In this document: positions 21,805-32,092 of the stretch, piece by piece | Position numbering within the stretch: the first letter of the stretch is position 1 | How the letters are laid out: the number at the start of each line of letters is the position of its first letter | Assembly (NCBI GenBank): GCA_031422435.1 | Contig: JANPLU010000107.1 | Coordinates: forward strand, 32,001 to 96,000 | Direction of reading: 5' to 3' | Origin: Acaryochloridaceae cyanobacterium VAR_48_metabat_390 | Lineage (GTDB): Bacteria > Cyanobacteriota > Cyanobacteriia > Thermosynechococcales > Thermosynechococcaceae | DNA: 64,000 nucleotides | Translations under genes and position numbers: made by a program | The notes under the pieces: model-generated | What the model was told of the DNA's origin: nothing | Seen by the model: only the letters and a program-made list of their open reading frames with translations | Databases searched by the model: none

Positions 21805-22802
21805 TTAACCCCAATACTGTTGCAAAAAAAATCCCATAAAAAGTAGGGCGGATCGGTGTCGGGTTTTCTAAACAGCCAGCGCCGGATCCGCCACAGCGAA
21901 AACCCCGTCATCCAAAACAAATCAGCAAGGGCAGCATAGAGGGCACCATGAAACTTCAGAAAATAGCGATGACGAGATTTAAACCAGTATTGCGGCATTC
22001 TTTGGGGCGATCGCCTGGTATCGGTTACGCCCGTACTTTGCCCCACCAAATGCACCACTCGACTTTTGGGCACATACCAACACTCCCAGCCAGCCAGCCG
22101 CGCCCGATGGCAAAAATCGACTTCTTCAAAGTATAAAAAGTAATTCTCATCAAATAAGCCTGCTGTCGCCAACACCTCACGGCGAATCATTAGGCTGGCA
22201 CCTGCCAACCAGTCAGAAGGACAGGGTTCTGAAGTGATGGGCATTGCCAATTTGCGGTGCGCGATGAGTCGAGACACCGCGCCCAAACGTAGCCCATGAT
22301 CTAGCTCGCTCCAAATCGACGGGAACCGGAACGCCGAGGTCTGCGGGGTGCCGTCTGGGTCTTCCAGGCGGCTACCCACTAAGCCTACGGTGGGGTTTTC
22401 ATTTAAAAACTGAATGAGGGGGGCGATCGCCCCTTCACGTACCGCAGCATCCGGGTTCAGCAGCAGAACATAGTCAGGGGGATGTTGAGATTTCAACGCC
22501 TGTTGCAGCACAACATTATTGCCGTACGCAAACCCGCCGTTTTTCGGCAGCGGCTCCAACCGAATCCAGGACGGATTCTGGCGCGCTATAAGCCCTTGGC
22601 GCAATATCTCTAAAGACCCATCTCCTGAGGCATTATCAACAATCACCACCGACATCTGAAGGCCGCGCTGCTGCTCTGCAATCAAAGACGTAATGCAGTC
22701 TAGTACCAAAGATGCGGTCTTGTAGTTCACAACAACAACCCAAAGCGCCGCCGAGGGAAAGCTTTGCAGGTTTAGCCCTTCGGATAGATTGGCTGTCGGC
22801 AT
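21801..22802 (-). CDS. glycosyltransferase family 2
   Basis: VVVNYKT, VDNASGD, NGGFAYGNN, LLNPD, FDENYFLYFEEVD. ATG at 22802 preferred. Confidence 0.9.
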   Translation of the reverse strand: MPTANLSEGLNLQSFPSAALWVVVVNYKTASLVLDCITSLIAEQQRGLQMSVVIVDNASGDGSLEILRQGLIARQNPSWIRLEPLPKNGGFAYGNNVVLQQALKSQHPPDYVLLLNPDAAVREGAIAPLIQFLNENPTVGLVGSRLEDPDGTPQTSAFRFPSIWSELDHGLRLGAVSRLIAHRKLAMPITSEPCPSDWLAGASLMIRREVLATAGLFDENYFLYFEEVDFCHRARLAGWECWYVPKSRVVHLVGQSTGVTDTRRSPQRMPQYWFKSRHRYFLKFHGALYAALADLFWMTGFSLWRIRRWLFRKPDTDPPYFLWDFFCNSIGVK

Positions 22803-23127
22803 AACGGTATTGAATGGATTGTAAAAGACGCCCAACGCTCATTCAAGAGACTGAAGACCGCGCCATGATAAGACCATTATGCCCAGCGATAGCACCAAAG
22901 AATCCTTGCTTGCGGCTCTTCTCTAAGGGACTCAAAATCGGTAGTGTCGGCGACAAACATCAAACAAGTTTTTCATTATGCTCACATCATGCCAAGAGTT
23001 GTCTACACTCTTAGGGATAGCCTTTACAAATCTCAGCAAAGTGATGCAGTATTTCTGGTCTGTTCACACGCTTCCTTCGGTAAAGGTGACTGAATTAACT
23101 TCCTTTGCTCTGAGCGGAGAAATGACG

Positions 23128-23337
23128 ATGAATCAGCTCAAAACTATAGCGCCTCAAGTTCCTGCTTTTCGAGCAGACGGAAAGTACTGGAGTGAGCTTC
23201 GACAGGCTATTTCTAACACATCAGGCTTTAAACGATGGGTGCTAGATCGAAAAATCGAGCCTAAAAGCTCGGAAGGGACGCTAGATGCGATGGTTCAGCT
23301 CTATCTGCGCCAAACGCTTGAAACGCTGGCCTATTAG
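23128..23337 (+). CDS. small conserved cyanobacterial hypothetical protein
   Basis: WSELRQAISNTSGFKRW...YLRQTLETLAY resembles a small cyanobacterial family as I recall it. GGAG lies 8 nt before ATG 23128; a terminator follows. Confidence 0.7.
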   Translation: MNQLKTIAPQVPAFRADGKYWSELRQAISNTSGFKRWVLDRKIEPKSSEGTLDAMVQLYLRQTLETLAY

Positions 23338-23392
23338 GTTCAATCAGCGCTCAAAATTCCTCTGACCTCGTGCGTTTTTGCTGTACGCCCTT

Positions 23393-23421
23393 AAGCTGCT
23401 GTCCTCGGATAGCGGCTTTTT
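23393..23421 (+). terminator. intrinsic terminator
   Basis: AAGCTGCTGTCC-TC-GGATAGCGGCTT followed by TTT. Confidence 0.7.
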
Positions 23422-23616
23422 ACATTTGGATGTTGTTAGAGCCATCTTGACTAAAGTGCCTCTCACCGCACACAGGAGGCGGTATTATGCCCCCAACCCC
23501 TCCTGTAATGTTTTTCATTTATGTTCTACTGTCTAAGTCGTAAAATGATGTTCGGGCATTTAAGTAATGTTACTTAGCCGAAAATGCTAATGCATGTTCC
23601 TTAAAGAATCAACAAA

Positions 23617-24174
23617 ATGGCTAAGTTTTATACAGACTTATCGCAGTCTTTAGTCGAATTTATTCAAGCACAGTCTCTCTTTTTTGTGGCAACGTCGCCC
23701 CAAGAGGGACGCATTAATTTATCTCCTAAGGGCATTAATACCTTTCGATGTTTGGCTGCCAACCAAGTGGCTTACCTAGATTTGACTGGAAGCGGTAATG
23801 AAACAAGCGCCCATCTTGAAGAGAATGGGCGTTTAACCATTATGTTTTGCAGTTTTTCCGATGAGCCGCTGATTCTGAGGCTGTACGGTCAGGGACGTGT
23901 GATTCGTCCTTATGCACCTGAGTGGAATGACTATGCTGCATCGTTTGACCTACTGCCCGGAATGCGCCAAATTATTGTGCTAAATATCGAGCAGGTGCAG
24001 ACATCCTGTGGCTTTGGGGTACCGCTGCTAGACTACCAGGGCGATCGCCAAACCCTTCTAGACTGGGCCAAGGCCAAAGGAGAAGAGGGGATACGGCAAT
24101 ATCAGCATCAGAAAAACCAGCGCAGTATCGACGGGTTGCCCACTTATCTGCTGGAAGGTTCTGAGCGTCCCTGA
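23617..24174 (+). CDS. pyridoxamine 5'-phosphate oxidase-like FMN-binding protein
   Basis: FFVATS...NLSPKG, YLDLTGSGNETSAH, ILRLYG, QTSCGFGVP. Confidence 0.88.
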   Translation: MAKFYTDLSQSLVEFIQAQSLFFVATSPQEGRINLSPKGINTFRCLAANQVAYLDLTGSGNETSAHLEENGRLTIMFCSFSDEPLILRLYGQGRVIRPYAPEWNDYAASFDLLPGMRQIIVLNIEQVQTSCGFGVPLLDYQGDRQTLLDWAKAKGEEGIRQYQHQKNQRSIDGLPTYLLEGSERP

Positions 24175-24249
24175 ACCGCCTAAAATGATGGGGATCTCTG
24201 ATTGTTCAGAAGTGCTGGTCTTCCCTTTTTCTTTATTGATAGAGACGTC

Positions 24250-25617
24250 ATGACGCAGCGACCCAAAATTATTGTGCTTGACGACGATCCCACCGGATCC
24301 CAGACGGTTCATAGCTGTTTGCTGCTGACGCGCTGGGATGTGGAAACCCTGCGAATTGGGCTAGCCAACACCGCACCGATTTTTTTTATTCTGACCAACA
24401 CCCGTGCCCTCGCGCCAGAGGCAGCCGCGCAGGTGACGCGGGAAGTTTGTGAGAACTTAAAAGTGGCGATCGCTGCGCACCAAGAATCCGCTAACGCATC
24501 TACTCCAGATTTTCTGGTGGTTAGCCGCTCTGACTCAACATTGCGTGGTCACTACCCCCTCGAAACAGACGTCATTGCCGAAGCGCTAGGGCCGTTTGAT
24601 GGTCACTTTTTGGTTCCTGCCTTCTTTGAAGGGGGACGCATTACCCGCGACAGCATTCACTATTTGATAGTGGACGGTGTGCCCACACCAGTCCATAAAA
24701 CCGAGTTTGCCAAAGACTCTGTGTTTGGATACAGCCATAGCTACTTACCCGACTATGTGGCAGAAAAAACAGCCGGTAAAATTGCCGCTGAGAATGTAGA
24801 GCGCTTTGTGCTGGCAGATCTGCGTGCGGGGAGTTTAGAGCGGCTGCTCAAGCTCTCTCATAATCAGTGCGTTGTCGTGGATGCAGAGCAGCAAAGTGAT
24901 TTAGACCAATTTGCCCAAGATGTTTTAGCGGCGACAGTAAAAGGAAAACGCTTCTTATTTCGCAGTGCGGCTAGCCTTTTGACCGCCCTGGCTCAACTGC
25001 CCCCTCAACCCGTTGCTGCCGCCCAAATGGCTCGGTACGTAAAAGGTCAGCAGCCTGGCGCTTTTATCGTTGGCTCTCACGTCAAAAAAACCACTGAGCA
25101 GCTCTCTCACTTGCTGAAGGCAAACGGCATTACTGGGATTGAAATCCCAGTCAGTCCCCTACGAGATACTGCAGATGCTTATGCGACGCTGCTTCAGGAA
25201 ACCTTAGTAAGGGTGCGAACTATTCATAGACAAGGGCAAACACCCGTCGTGTACACCAGTCGGACAGAACTTCAGTTTGACGACCCTGAAACGCGGCTTC
25301 AGTTTGGCGAACGGGTCTCGGCACTGCTGATGGACGTTGTGAAAGGTTTACCCCCTACCCTCGGCTATTTGGTCAGCAAAGGCGGCATTACGTCTAACGA
25401 TGTGTTGAGTACCGGACTTAACCTCAGAACAGCTTGGCTGCTGGGTCAAGTGATTCCAGGCTGTTCAGTAGTTCAAACCACTTCAGAACATGCGCTATTT
25501 CCGAATCTCCCTGTGGTGCTGTTTCCAGGAAATGTGGGTGATGAAGAGGGTTTGACGACCGTTTATCAGCGCTTTAATGTAGCTCAGCAATTTCCCATGA
25601 CCACAACGCCTCCCTAA
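24250..25617 (+). CDS. four-carbon acid sugar kinase family protein (DUF1537)
   Basis: VLDDDPTGSQ, RSDSTLRGH, VGSHV, SKGGITS, FPGNVG. ATG at 24250 preferred. Confidence 0.88.
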   Translation: MTQRPKIIVLDDDPTGSQTVHSCLLLTRWDVETLRIGLANTAPIFFILTNTRALAPEAAAQVTREVCENLKVAIAAHQESANASTPDFLVVSRSDSTLRGHYPLETDVIAEALGPFDGHFLVPAFFEGGRITRDSIHYLIVDGVPTPVHKTEFAKDSVFGYSHSYLPDYVAEKTAGKIAAENVERFVLADLRAGSLERLLKLSHNQCVVVDAEQQSDLDQFAQDVLAATVKGKRFLFRSAASLLTALAQLPPQPVAAAQMARYVKGQQPGAFIVGSHVKKTTEQLSHLLKANGITGIEIPVSPLRDTADAYATLLQETLVRVRTIHRQGQTPVVYTSRTELQFDDPETRLQFGERVSALLMDVVKGLPPTLGYLVSKGGITSNDVLSTGLNLRTAWLLGQVIPGCSVVQTTSEHALFPNLPVVLFPGNVGDEEGLTTVYQRFNVAQQFPMTTTPP

Positions 25618-25650
25618 TAGACGTGGCATAATGAGGCGTCACCTCTCAAA

Positions 25651-26739
25651 ATGCTGCTGTTGGCTATGGCTCCTGTTTCAGACCCACCGTCCATTCTCAT
25701 TCAGCCCCTTGCGGCAAATCCCGAAAATTTGGAGCTTCAGCTTCCCGATCCTGAGAATGAAGACTTAACGGATTTTGACTTCTTAGAGCAGGTGGAAACG
25801 GTCTGGCAAGTCTGCGATCGCTTTGACCTACAAACCGAAATCTGGCGCGGGCGAATTTTGAAGGCGGTGCGCGATCGCGAAAAACGCGGCGGGGAAGGCC
25901 GAGGGATTGGGTTTCTTAACTGGCTGCAAAATCATGAGATTAGCAAAACTCAGGCTTATCGCCTGATGGAGCTAGCCAACAGTGCCGATAGCCTTTTGGC
26001 GGATGGCAAACTAGAGCCAGAGTCGATGAACCTTTTTAGCAAATCGGCCTTTTTAGAAACGGCTCAAGCCGAACCAGAAGTGCAGCAGATGATCACCGAA
26101 GCCGCCCGAGACGGCAAGCGAATTACGCGCCGTGAAGTACGTCAGCTCTCTGACGACTGGACGGCAATGTCTTCTGAATTAATCCCCGCCGAAATCAAAA
26201 CGAAGGCGGCAAACAATACCATCCCTAGTCGCTATCTTGCTCCCCTGGCCCATGAGCTAGAAAAGCTTCCGCCCGAACACCAAACGATACTGCAAGCAGA
26301 ACTGACAGAAAGTCCTGATATAGAGACGCTCAAACAGGTCACGGCTGAAGCTAAATATTTAGCCAAATATCTAGACTCTTCTGCTCATGTTCAGGCACTA
26401 GAAGACAGCGGGATTGACCTAGAACAGGCACTAGAAGAAGCCCTGCGGATCGGCTGTCTCAACACCGCAGCAGATTTAGTGCATCAGGCTGCCCAGCTAG
26501 AGCAGTGCATGGCAAAACTTCATATGACCTGGAAGCGCCTAGGCAAACTTTCAGAGCGTCTTTATGTTGATAGTGGCACGAGTACGCCTCAACTGCGGCA
26601 GCTTTTGCAATCTCTCGAAAAACTCACCACCGACACGCTAGAACTAGACTGGGGATCTGGAGAGAATAACCTACATCCTGTTCTGATTCGTTTTAAGGTT
26701 TTGACAGAAGACCATGAGCCAGACGCCGCTACACCCTAA
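25651..26739 (+). CDS. conserved cyanobacterial hypothetical protein (helical/coiled-coil)
   Basis: Long ORF; WQVCDRFDLQTEIWRGRIL motif; acidic, helical composition. Confidence 0.75.
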   Translation: MLLLAMAPVSDPPSILIQPLAANPENLELQLPDPENEDLTDFDFLEQVETVWQVCDRFDLQTEIWRGRILKAVRDREKRGGEGRGIGFLNWLQNHEISKTQAYRLMELANSADSLLADGKLEPESMNLFSKSAFLETAQAEPEVQQMITEAARDGKRITRREVRQLSDDWTAMSSELIPAEIKTKAANNTIPSRYLAPLAHELEKLPPEHQTILQAELTESPDIETLKQVTAEAKYLAKYLDSSAHVQALEDSGIDLEQALEEALRIGCLNTAADLVHQAAQLEQCMAKLHMTWKRLGKLSERLYVDSGTSTPQLRQLLQSLEKLTTDTLELDWGSGENNLHPVLIRFKVLTEDHEPDAATP

Positions 26740-27886
26740 GAACAGCAGACAGTGGAATGTATCTGATCCAGGACTATATCTCCTGCGCTGGGGTACCCTG
26801 GATTTCTATCTTCTGAAGGCATTGTGTCTGCCGTTTTTGTTTGGTGTCAGTACGTTTTTAGGGATTAGTCTCACCCTAGGTTCCCTGTTTGATTTGCTGC
26901 GGCAGGTGAGTGAAAAAGGGTTGCCTCTCAGTATTGCCCTTCAGGTTTTAGGCTTACAAATCCCGAGCTTTTTGGTTTTGGCGTTGCCGATGGCAATGCT
27001 GTTGGCGTGCTTGGTAGTGTATAACCGCTTGGCGCGAACCAATGAGATTACGGCATTTCGGAGCTTAGGGATTAGTTCTATTCGGCTTGCAGTCCCTGGC
27101 TTACTCTTGGGTTTATGGGTCACGGGCTTGACCTTTATGCTGAGTGAGTTTGTGGTGCCTACTGCCAATTTACAGGCGGCGCAATTAATGAGTCAGGCGA
27201 CTAATGCGCCTAAACCTGCGTTTAGAGATAAAAATATTTTTTATCGAGAATTTGAGAAAGACTCACTTTCCCGCGTGTTTTATGCCCGTCACTTTGATGG
27301 TGATCGGATGCAGGATCTCACCATCCTAAGCTTTACCCAAGGAATGCTTGCGCAAATTTTGGTCATAGATACAGCGCGCTGGAACCCCATAACCCAGGTT
27401 TGGGATTTAGTAAATGGTACCGCCTATGCGCTAAGTGCCGATGCTCAAACCTATCAGGCCATTAATACGTTTGCAAAAACAGCCTTCCATTTGTCTCGTG
27501 GCCCCTTAGATTTAGCCACCGAAACGCGCACTGCGGATCAAATGGGTATTACTGATACCTATCAGTACTGGCGTTTAATCAAAGGCACAGGAGAGGTTAA
27601 GTATACGCGTCAGCTTGCGGTGCGGCTTCAGACAAAAGTGGCCTTTCCATTCATTTGTGTGGTGTTTGCATTGATAGGAGCGGCAATAGGGATACAGCAG
27701 CGACAACGCTCTAGCTCAAAAGGTTTTGGTCTCAGCCTAGTCATTATTTTTGGGTACTACACCGTTTCGTTTACCACGCGCTCCCTTGGAGAAGCGGGAG
27801 TTGTTTCGATTTTTGTGGCAGCTTGGGTTCCCCTCATTTCGGGACTATTAATTGGGGGTAAGCTGCTCTATGATGCTAATCGTTAA
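26714..27886 (+). CDS. LptF/LptG (YjgP/YjgQ) family permease
   Basis: LPMAMLLA, NEITAFRSLGIS, periplasmic beta region, 3+3 TM layout, KVAFPF, AAWVP. Confidence 0.88.
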   Translation: MSQTPLHPKNSRQWNVSDPGLYLLRWGTLDFYLLKALCLPFLFGVSTFLGISLTLGSLFDLLRQVSEKGLPLSIALQVLGLQIPSFLVLALPMAMLLACLVVYNRLARTNEITAFRSLGISSIRLAVPGLLLGLWVTGLTFMLSEFVVPTANLQAAQLMSQATNAPKPAFRDKNIFYREFEKDSLSRVFYARHFDGDRMQDLTILSFTQGMLAQILVIDTARWNPITQVWDLVNGTAYALSADAQTYQAINTFAKTAFHLSRGPLDLATETRTADQMGITDTYQYWRLIKGTGEVKYTRQLAVRLQTKVAFPFICVVFALIGAAIGIQQRQRSSSKGFGLSLVIIFGYYTVSFTTRSLGEAGVVSIFVAAWVPLISGLLIGGKLLYDANR

Positions 27887-27895
27887 AGTTCATTA

Positions 27896-28627
27896 TTACG
27901 GTGCGTCGATGGCGGTACTGCCAAAGCGGTAACCTTTGCCGTAGATAGTGTGGATGAGCGGTGCATCTTGAGGTGCCTCAATTTTGCGGCGCAAGAGGCG
28001 AATATGAGCTGCTAATACATTGCTGGCTGGCTTTTCTTCTGTGGGCCATACCTGCTGATAAATTTCTTCGTGGGTTAAAAGCTGCGGGTGCTGCATTAAA
28101 ACGGCTAGCAGCCGACATTCTTTTTCAGAAAGGGCAATCATACGCCCATTGCGGTAGGCCATCTGATCTTCTATATCTAGCTCTAGCCCTTCAGCGCTGA
28201 TGCGGAGGCTAAGGGTCGCGTCTTCTTCTGGGGGTTTGGCCCTTAATAGATCGCTCCGACGCAGTAGCGCTCGCACCCGTGCCAACAGTTCGCGTAACTC
28301 AAAGGGTTTTACTAAGTAATCGTCCGCGCCAGCATCTAACCCCTGAATACGGGCATCTAGAGTATCTTTTGCTGTCAAAAATAAAACAGGGGTCGTATCT
28401 CCCTGCGATCGCAGCTTTTGACATAGCTCAATCCCAGATTGCTTGGGTAACATCCAGTCTAAAATCAGCAGTTCATAGGGTACCCCTACGTTACCCTGGT
28501 GGGTCTGGATCATTTGCAGCGCTGTTTCACCGTCGTAGGCCACCTCTACGGTATAGCCCTCCCGCTTGAGCGCACGGCACAGCGGCGCTGTTAGTTCAAC
28601 CTCATCATCTACTAAAAGAATCGACAT
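27896..28627 (-). CDS. orphan OmpR-family response regulator (RppA-like)
   Basis: ILLVDDE, LDWMLP, LTAKD, GADDYLVKPF, winged helix SNVLAAHIRLLRRK...YGKGYRF. ATG at 28627 preferred. Confidence 0.88.
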   Translation of the reverse strand: MSILLVDDEVELTAPLCRALKREGYTVEVAYDGETALQMIQTHQGNVGVPYELLILDWMLPKQSGIELCQKLRSQGDTTPVLFLTAKDTLDARIQGLDAGADDYLVKPFELRELLARVRALLRRSDLLRAKPPEEDATLSLRISAEGLELDIEDQMAYRNGRMIALSEKECRLLAVLMQHPQLLTHEEIYQQVWPTEEKPASNVLAAHIRLLRRKIEAPQDAPLIHTIYGKGYRFGSTAIDAP

Positions 28628-28758
28628 ACGCTCTTGGCGATCGCCCTCCATCGGTCTAAAGTCTGTCTGAGGTCAGAACGCCTAAATCATAGGATAATTG
28701 TACGACAGGCACTTAGAATGGCTTGTCCTAGGCACAATAGACTTTTCTGAAATCACCC

Positions 28759-28950
28759 ATGCAGACCAGCAGCTACGGCTTTATTGGCAAGTTACTCGTT
28801 GTTTCAGCCATCCTGTCAGTCGGCATTAAAGCAATGGGTCCTCAGCTTGCAATCCCCGCTACGCAGCCTATTATTTTAACTCTAGTGCTGCTGCCTACGA
28901 TGCTAATGGGATTAGTTTTGGGCTTGCAGTATCGTTTTAAGCGCCATTAA
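28759..28950 (+). CDS. small two-TM membrane protein
   Basis: ATG start and two hydrophobic helices; 3' end overlaps the convergent HAD gene. Confidence 0.6.
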   Translation: MQTSSYGFIGKLLVVSAILSVGIKAMGPQLAIPATQPIILTLVLLPTMLMGLVLGLQYRFKRH

Positions 28951-29658
28951 GTCAGAAATCTGGAGCACAGCAGCAGCAGAATCTGCCCTCAGATTTGACT
29001 TGGGGAACTCAGCGCCATTGCGGTTTAGCCAAACGCCCTGTAAACCAGCACAGACAGATCCTTCATAATCTTCTGCCCAGCTATCGCCAACATGCCAAGC
29101 TTGACCGGGGAGGTACCGATGTTTGGCGATCGCTGCCTCAAAAATCTCAGCCTCTGGTTTTGCTGCACCCACCTGGGTTGAAATAGTAACGGATTGAAAG
29201 TAGTAGCCTAGCTCTAATGCCTCAAGAACAGCATAGAGACGGCTATCGAAGTTAGAGATAAGGGCAAGCTCAATCTCAAACGTCTTAAGCTGAGCTAGCA
29301 CTTTCAGCGTCTCTGGGTACAAAATCCAGGGATCTGCCGTTTCAAAGTAGGCAAACAGGGGCTGAAAAAATGTGTCGAAGTCTGGCAGTTGCTCCAGCGC
29401 ATCTACTGTTTCAAAGCTTTGCCAAGCGACAGTTCGCCACCAGTCATACTCTAGGCGCTGTAAATCTTGTGGCGCTGCCTGGGCAAAGGCGGCGCGTGGT
29501 GCGGCTCTAAAGCTTTTAATAAAGGCCATATTAAGCTGCTGGGCATCCAAATTAAGCCCTACCTGCTGCGCAAACTGAGCATAAATTTCGCCGACAGTAC
29601 CGCGTACCCCAAATAAAGTGCCGACAGCATCAAAAAAAATAATTTTGGGGAAAGCCAT
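28912..29658 (-). CDS. HAD-superfamily hydrolase (REG-2/HDHD3-like)
   Basis: FFDAVGTLF, ISNFDSR, AKPEAEIF, HVGDS...DYEG. Confidence 0.9.
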   Translation of the reverse strand: MAFPKIIFFDAVGTLFGVRGTVGEIYAQFAQQVGLNLDAQQLNMAFIKSFRAAPRAAFAQAAPQDLQRLEYDWWRTVAWQSFETVDALEQLPDFDTFFQPLFAYFETADPWILYPETLKVLAQLKTFEIELALISNFDSRLYAVLEALELGYYFQSVTISTQVGAAKPEAEIFEAAIAKHRYLPGQAWHVGDSWAEDYEGSVCAGLQGVWLNRNGAEFPKSNLRADSAAAVLQISDLMALKTILQAQN

Positions 29659-29819
29659 GAGGTACCACGAAAAAGATAATAGAACATCGACTGTAAGATA
29701 GGAAGTTATTGTCAGTCTGAATACAGTTTTAGGTTGTACTTCTTAACGCTACATTAAATAACAATTGCTGAAGCAGGAGATCGCTGTTTCTGAAAACACT
29801 TCGTACCTAATTTATAAAC

Positions 29820-30026
29820 ATGCCATTATGCCCCGCCTGCAGACAGCCTCTGCACCGAACGCAGCGTAAGCCCTTTGAGAGATCGCTAAGCTACATCATT
29901 CCCGTGATGCGCTATCAGTGCTTTAATTCTGCTTGCCGCTGGCGGGGTCTTCGCTTCAACCTAAAAGCGCATCCTTTACTGGCCTCAAGAGATAGGGCGA
30001 AAAATTCAGATCGCCCCTCTACCTAG
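29820..30026 (+). CDS. small putative zinc-ribbon protein
   Basis: CPAC...RYQC-x4-CRWRG; fills an otherwise empty intergenic gap behind an AT-rich promoter region. Confidence 0.55.
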   Translation: MPLCPACRQPLHRTQRKPFERSLSYIIPVMRYQCFNSACRWRGLRFNLKAHPLLASRDRAKNSDRPST

Positions 30027-30133
30027 GATGGTGTCTAAGCGTATGGAAGGGCGGGTTTAGCGGATACTACATTGGAAAACCTTAGATTTATCGGCGAGGC
30101 TCACTCCTACAAAGCCAGAGTGTTGTTTTATTC

Positions 30134-31105
30134 TTAGTCCGAGTCTAGTAAGGCTTTTGCGGCTGCAATACTTTGGCGAATGACAGCCGCAGAGCTGTGA
30201 AGTGCAATCTGCTCCGCTTCGAGCAAGTCTAGCTCTAAGACTTGACCGACTCCGCTGCGCCTCAGACAGGCTGGAACGCCAATAAAAATATCGGAAAGAC
30301 CATATTCACCGTTTAAGTACACCGCAGCGGGCAAAATGCGGGCGCGGTCGTAGAGAATAGACTCCACCATGGCACAGGCCGAAGACGCGGGGGCAAAGTA
30401 GGCGCTGCCTGCCTGCATTAGGCTCACAATTTCGGCTCCGCCATTGCGGGTACGCTCTACCAATCGTTCGATGGTAAGTCCATCCATTAGTTCGGTGATG
30501 GGGATGCCGCTGACGGTAGAGTAGCGGGGCAGCGGCACCATCAGGTCGCCGTGGCCGCCCAGTACCATCGCGTTTACGTCCATAATCGAAACGTTTAGCT
30601 CTAGGGCAATAAACGTGCCAAACCGAGCAGCATCCAGCACCCCTGCCATACCTAGAACTTGATGGGGCGGAATGTCGGCGGCTTCCCAGGCTAGGTAGGT
30701 CATGACATCTAGCGGGTTTGTGACCATGAGAATGATGGCGTTAGGCGATTGGGCGATCGCCTGTTTCACCACATTCACGACGATATTGGCGTTGGTTTTG
30801 AGCAGGTCATCTCGGCTCATGCCAGGTTTACGGGCAATGCCAGCGGTGATGACAATCAGGTCAGAGTTTTGGGTGTGGGCGTAGTCATCGGTGCCAATGA
30901 TGGTGCGATCGTGGCGCTCAACGCCACGGGCTTCCATAAGATCTAGCGCCAATCCCTTGGGGCGACCAGGCTGGATATCGAGCAACACAACATCAGCTAA
31001 GTTTTTTTCGACTAGGCGCTGACCCAGTGTGCTGCCTACGTTGCCCGCACCAATAATGGAAACGCGAGCAGACTGTGAACAGTGAGAAACGGCTGCGGTC
31101 ATCAT
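30134..31105 (-). CDS. mdh: malate dehydrogenase (LDH-like MDH)
   Basis: IIGAGNVG, TAGIARKPGMSRDDL, VTNPLD, GGHGD. Start at ATG 31105 or 31102. Confidence 0.95.
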   Translation of the reverse strand: MMTAAVSHCSQSARVSIIGAGNVGSTLGQRLVEKNLADVVLLDIQPGRPKGLALDLMEARGVERHDRTIIGTDDYAHTQNSDLIVITAGIARKPGMSRDDLLKTNANIVVNVVKQAIAQSPNAIILMVTNPLDVMTYLAWEAADIPPHQVLGMAGVLDAARFGTFIALELNVSIMDVNAMVLGGHGDLMVPLPRYSTVSGIPITELMDGLTIERLVERTRNGGAEIVSLMQAGSAYFAPASSACAMVESILYDRARILPAAVYLNGEYGLSDIFIGVPACLRRSGVGQVLELDLLEAEQIALHSSAAVIRQSIAAAKALLDSD

Positions 31106-31160
31106 TGCAATCACCCCAGAACAATGGATTGAATAAACGCAGGGACTGAGATACCTAGCG

Positions 31161-31373
31161 CTATTTCGCAGCCTCAAGCTGCTCTACCGCCAACCAAACG
31201 GTGGAGGTGGGAACCAAAAATTTAATTTGGGCATAGTTACCGCTCAGCTCCACCACTTCTCCAGTGCCGTCAAAAACGTAGGGCGGAAGACGGCGATCGC
31301 TGGCCTGAGCCTCAATGCTGTTCTCAAACTTTTCGCGCAGGAGGCGAACTAAATCACCTTTTTTGATTGCCAT
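31161..31373 (-). CDS. ndhO: NAD(P)H dehydrogenase subunit O
   Basis: [10 protein letters not shown]...[10 protein letters not shown]...PPYVF...VPT..VWL..EQLE. Confidence 0.93.
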   Translation of the reverse strand: MAIKKGDLVRLLREKFENSIEAQASDRRLPPYVFDGTGEVVELSGNYAQIKFLVPTSTVWLAVEQLEAAK

Positions 31374-31490
31374 AGAGTTTGTTCGGTATTAGGCTGTTTT
31401 CTGTCTCTATTGTACTGCTACTCGCTCTGCTGCCCTCACAATCTAAGCATTTCGCCTTAGGTCATGGCCTTGTGATGCTTAATCCCTAGG

Positions 31491-31985
31491 CTAGGCCATG
31501 CCTGTCCGCGCCGCAATCACAATTCGGGCACAGGCTTCAGCGTCAGAGAGTGCCTGGTGATGCACGAGGGGAATGTTGAGGTAGTCGCAAACATGGGGCA
31601 GTTTGGTGGGGTGAAGCTTCCAGGTTTGACGGGCAAGCTGCACGGTGCATAAAAACGGGTGAGATGGTCTGTCAATGCCGTAAGCATCGCAGCAGGCATA
31701 CAACACGCCTTTGTCAAAGGACGCATTATGGGCGGCGATCGCCTCAGCCCCTTCAAAAAGCGTCTGCATTTTAGGCCACAGTTCCCCAAAGGTGGGTTCT
31801 GTGGCAACGTCTTGCCAGCAGATGCCGTGGATATCGGTAAATTCAAATTCTGGCTGTACAGGCCGAATGAGGTAGTGCGCCTTCTGGACAATCTGATCAT
31901 TCTCAACGCGAATGATGCCAATGGAGCAGGCGCTCGTCCGGCTTCGGTTGGCAGTCTCAAAATCAATAGCAACGAAGGTTTTCAA
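31491..31985 (-). CDS. DEDDh 3'-5' exonuclease (DnaQ/epsilon-like)
   Basis: AIDFETA, AHNASFD, HHQALSDAEAC. Confidence 0.9.
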   Translation of the reverse strand: MKTFVAIDFETANRSRTSACSIGIIRVENDQIVQKAHYLIRPVQPEFEFTDIHGICWQDVATEPTFGELWPKMQTLFEGAEAIAAHNASFDKGVLYACCDAYGIDRPSHPFLCTVQLARQTWKLHPTKLPHVCDYLNIPLVHHQALSDAEACARIVIAARTGMA

Positions 31986-32092
31986 AGGGCTTTAGGCAGA
32001 AAAACCATAGATTAAGAGCGACATTAGAGGAATTGGCGACATTGCCAGACCCTAACGACCTCATCTAAGGTACCACTGAATAACGACCCTGG

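Noticed and set aside
30045..30112. REP-like element GGGCGGGTTT...CCTAC downstream of mdh
   Set aside because: The arms are too degenerate to pair convincingly and there is only one copy in the window.
31517..32015. Alternative-frame ORFs of 151 and 118 aa over the exonuclease
   Set aside because: They have no recognisable motifs and overlap a clear DEDDh gene almost entirely.
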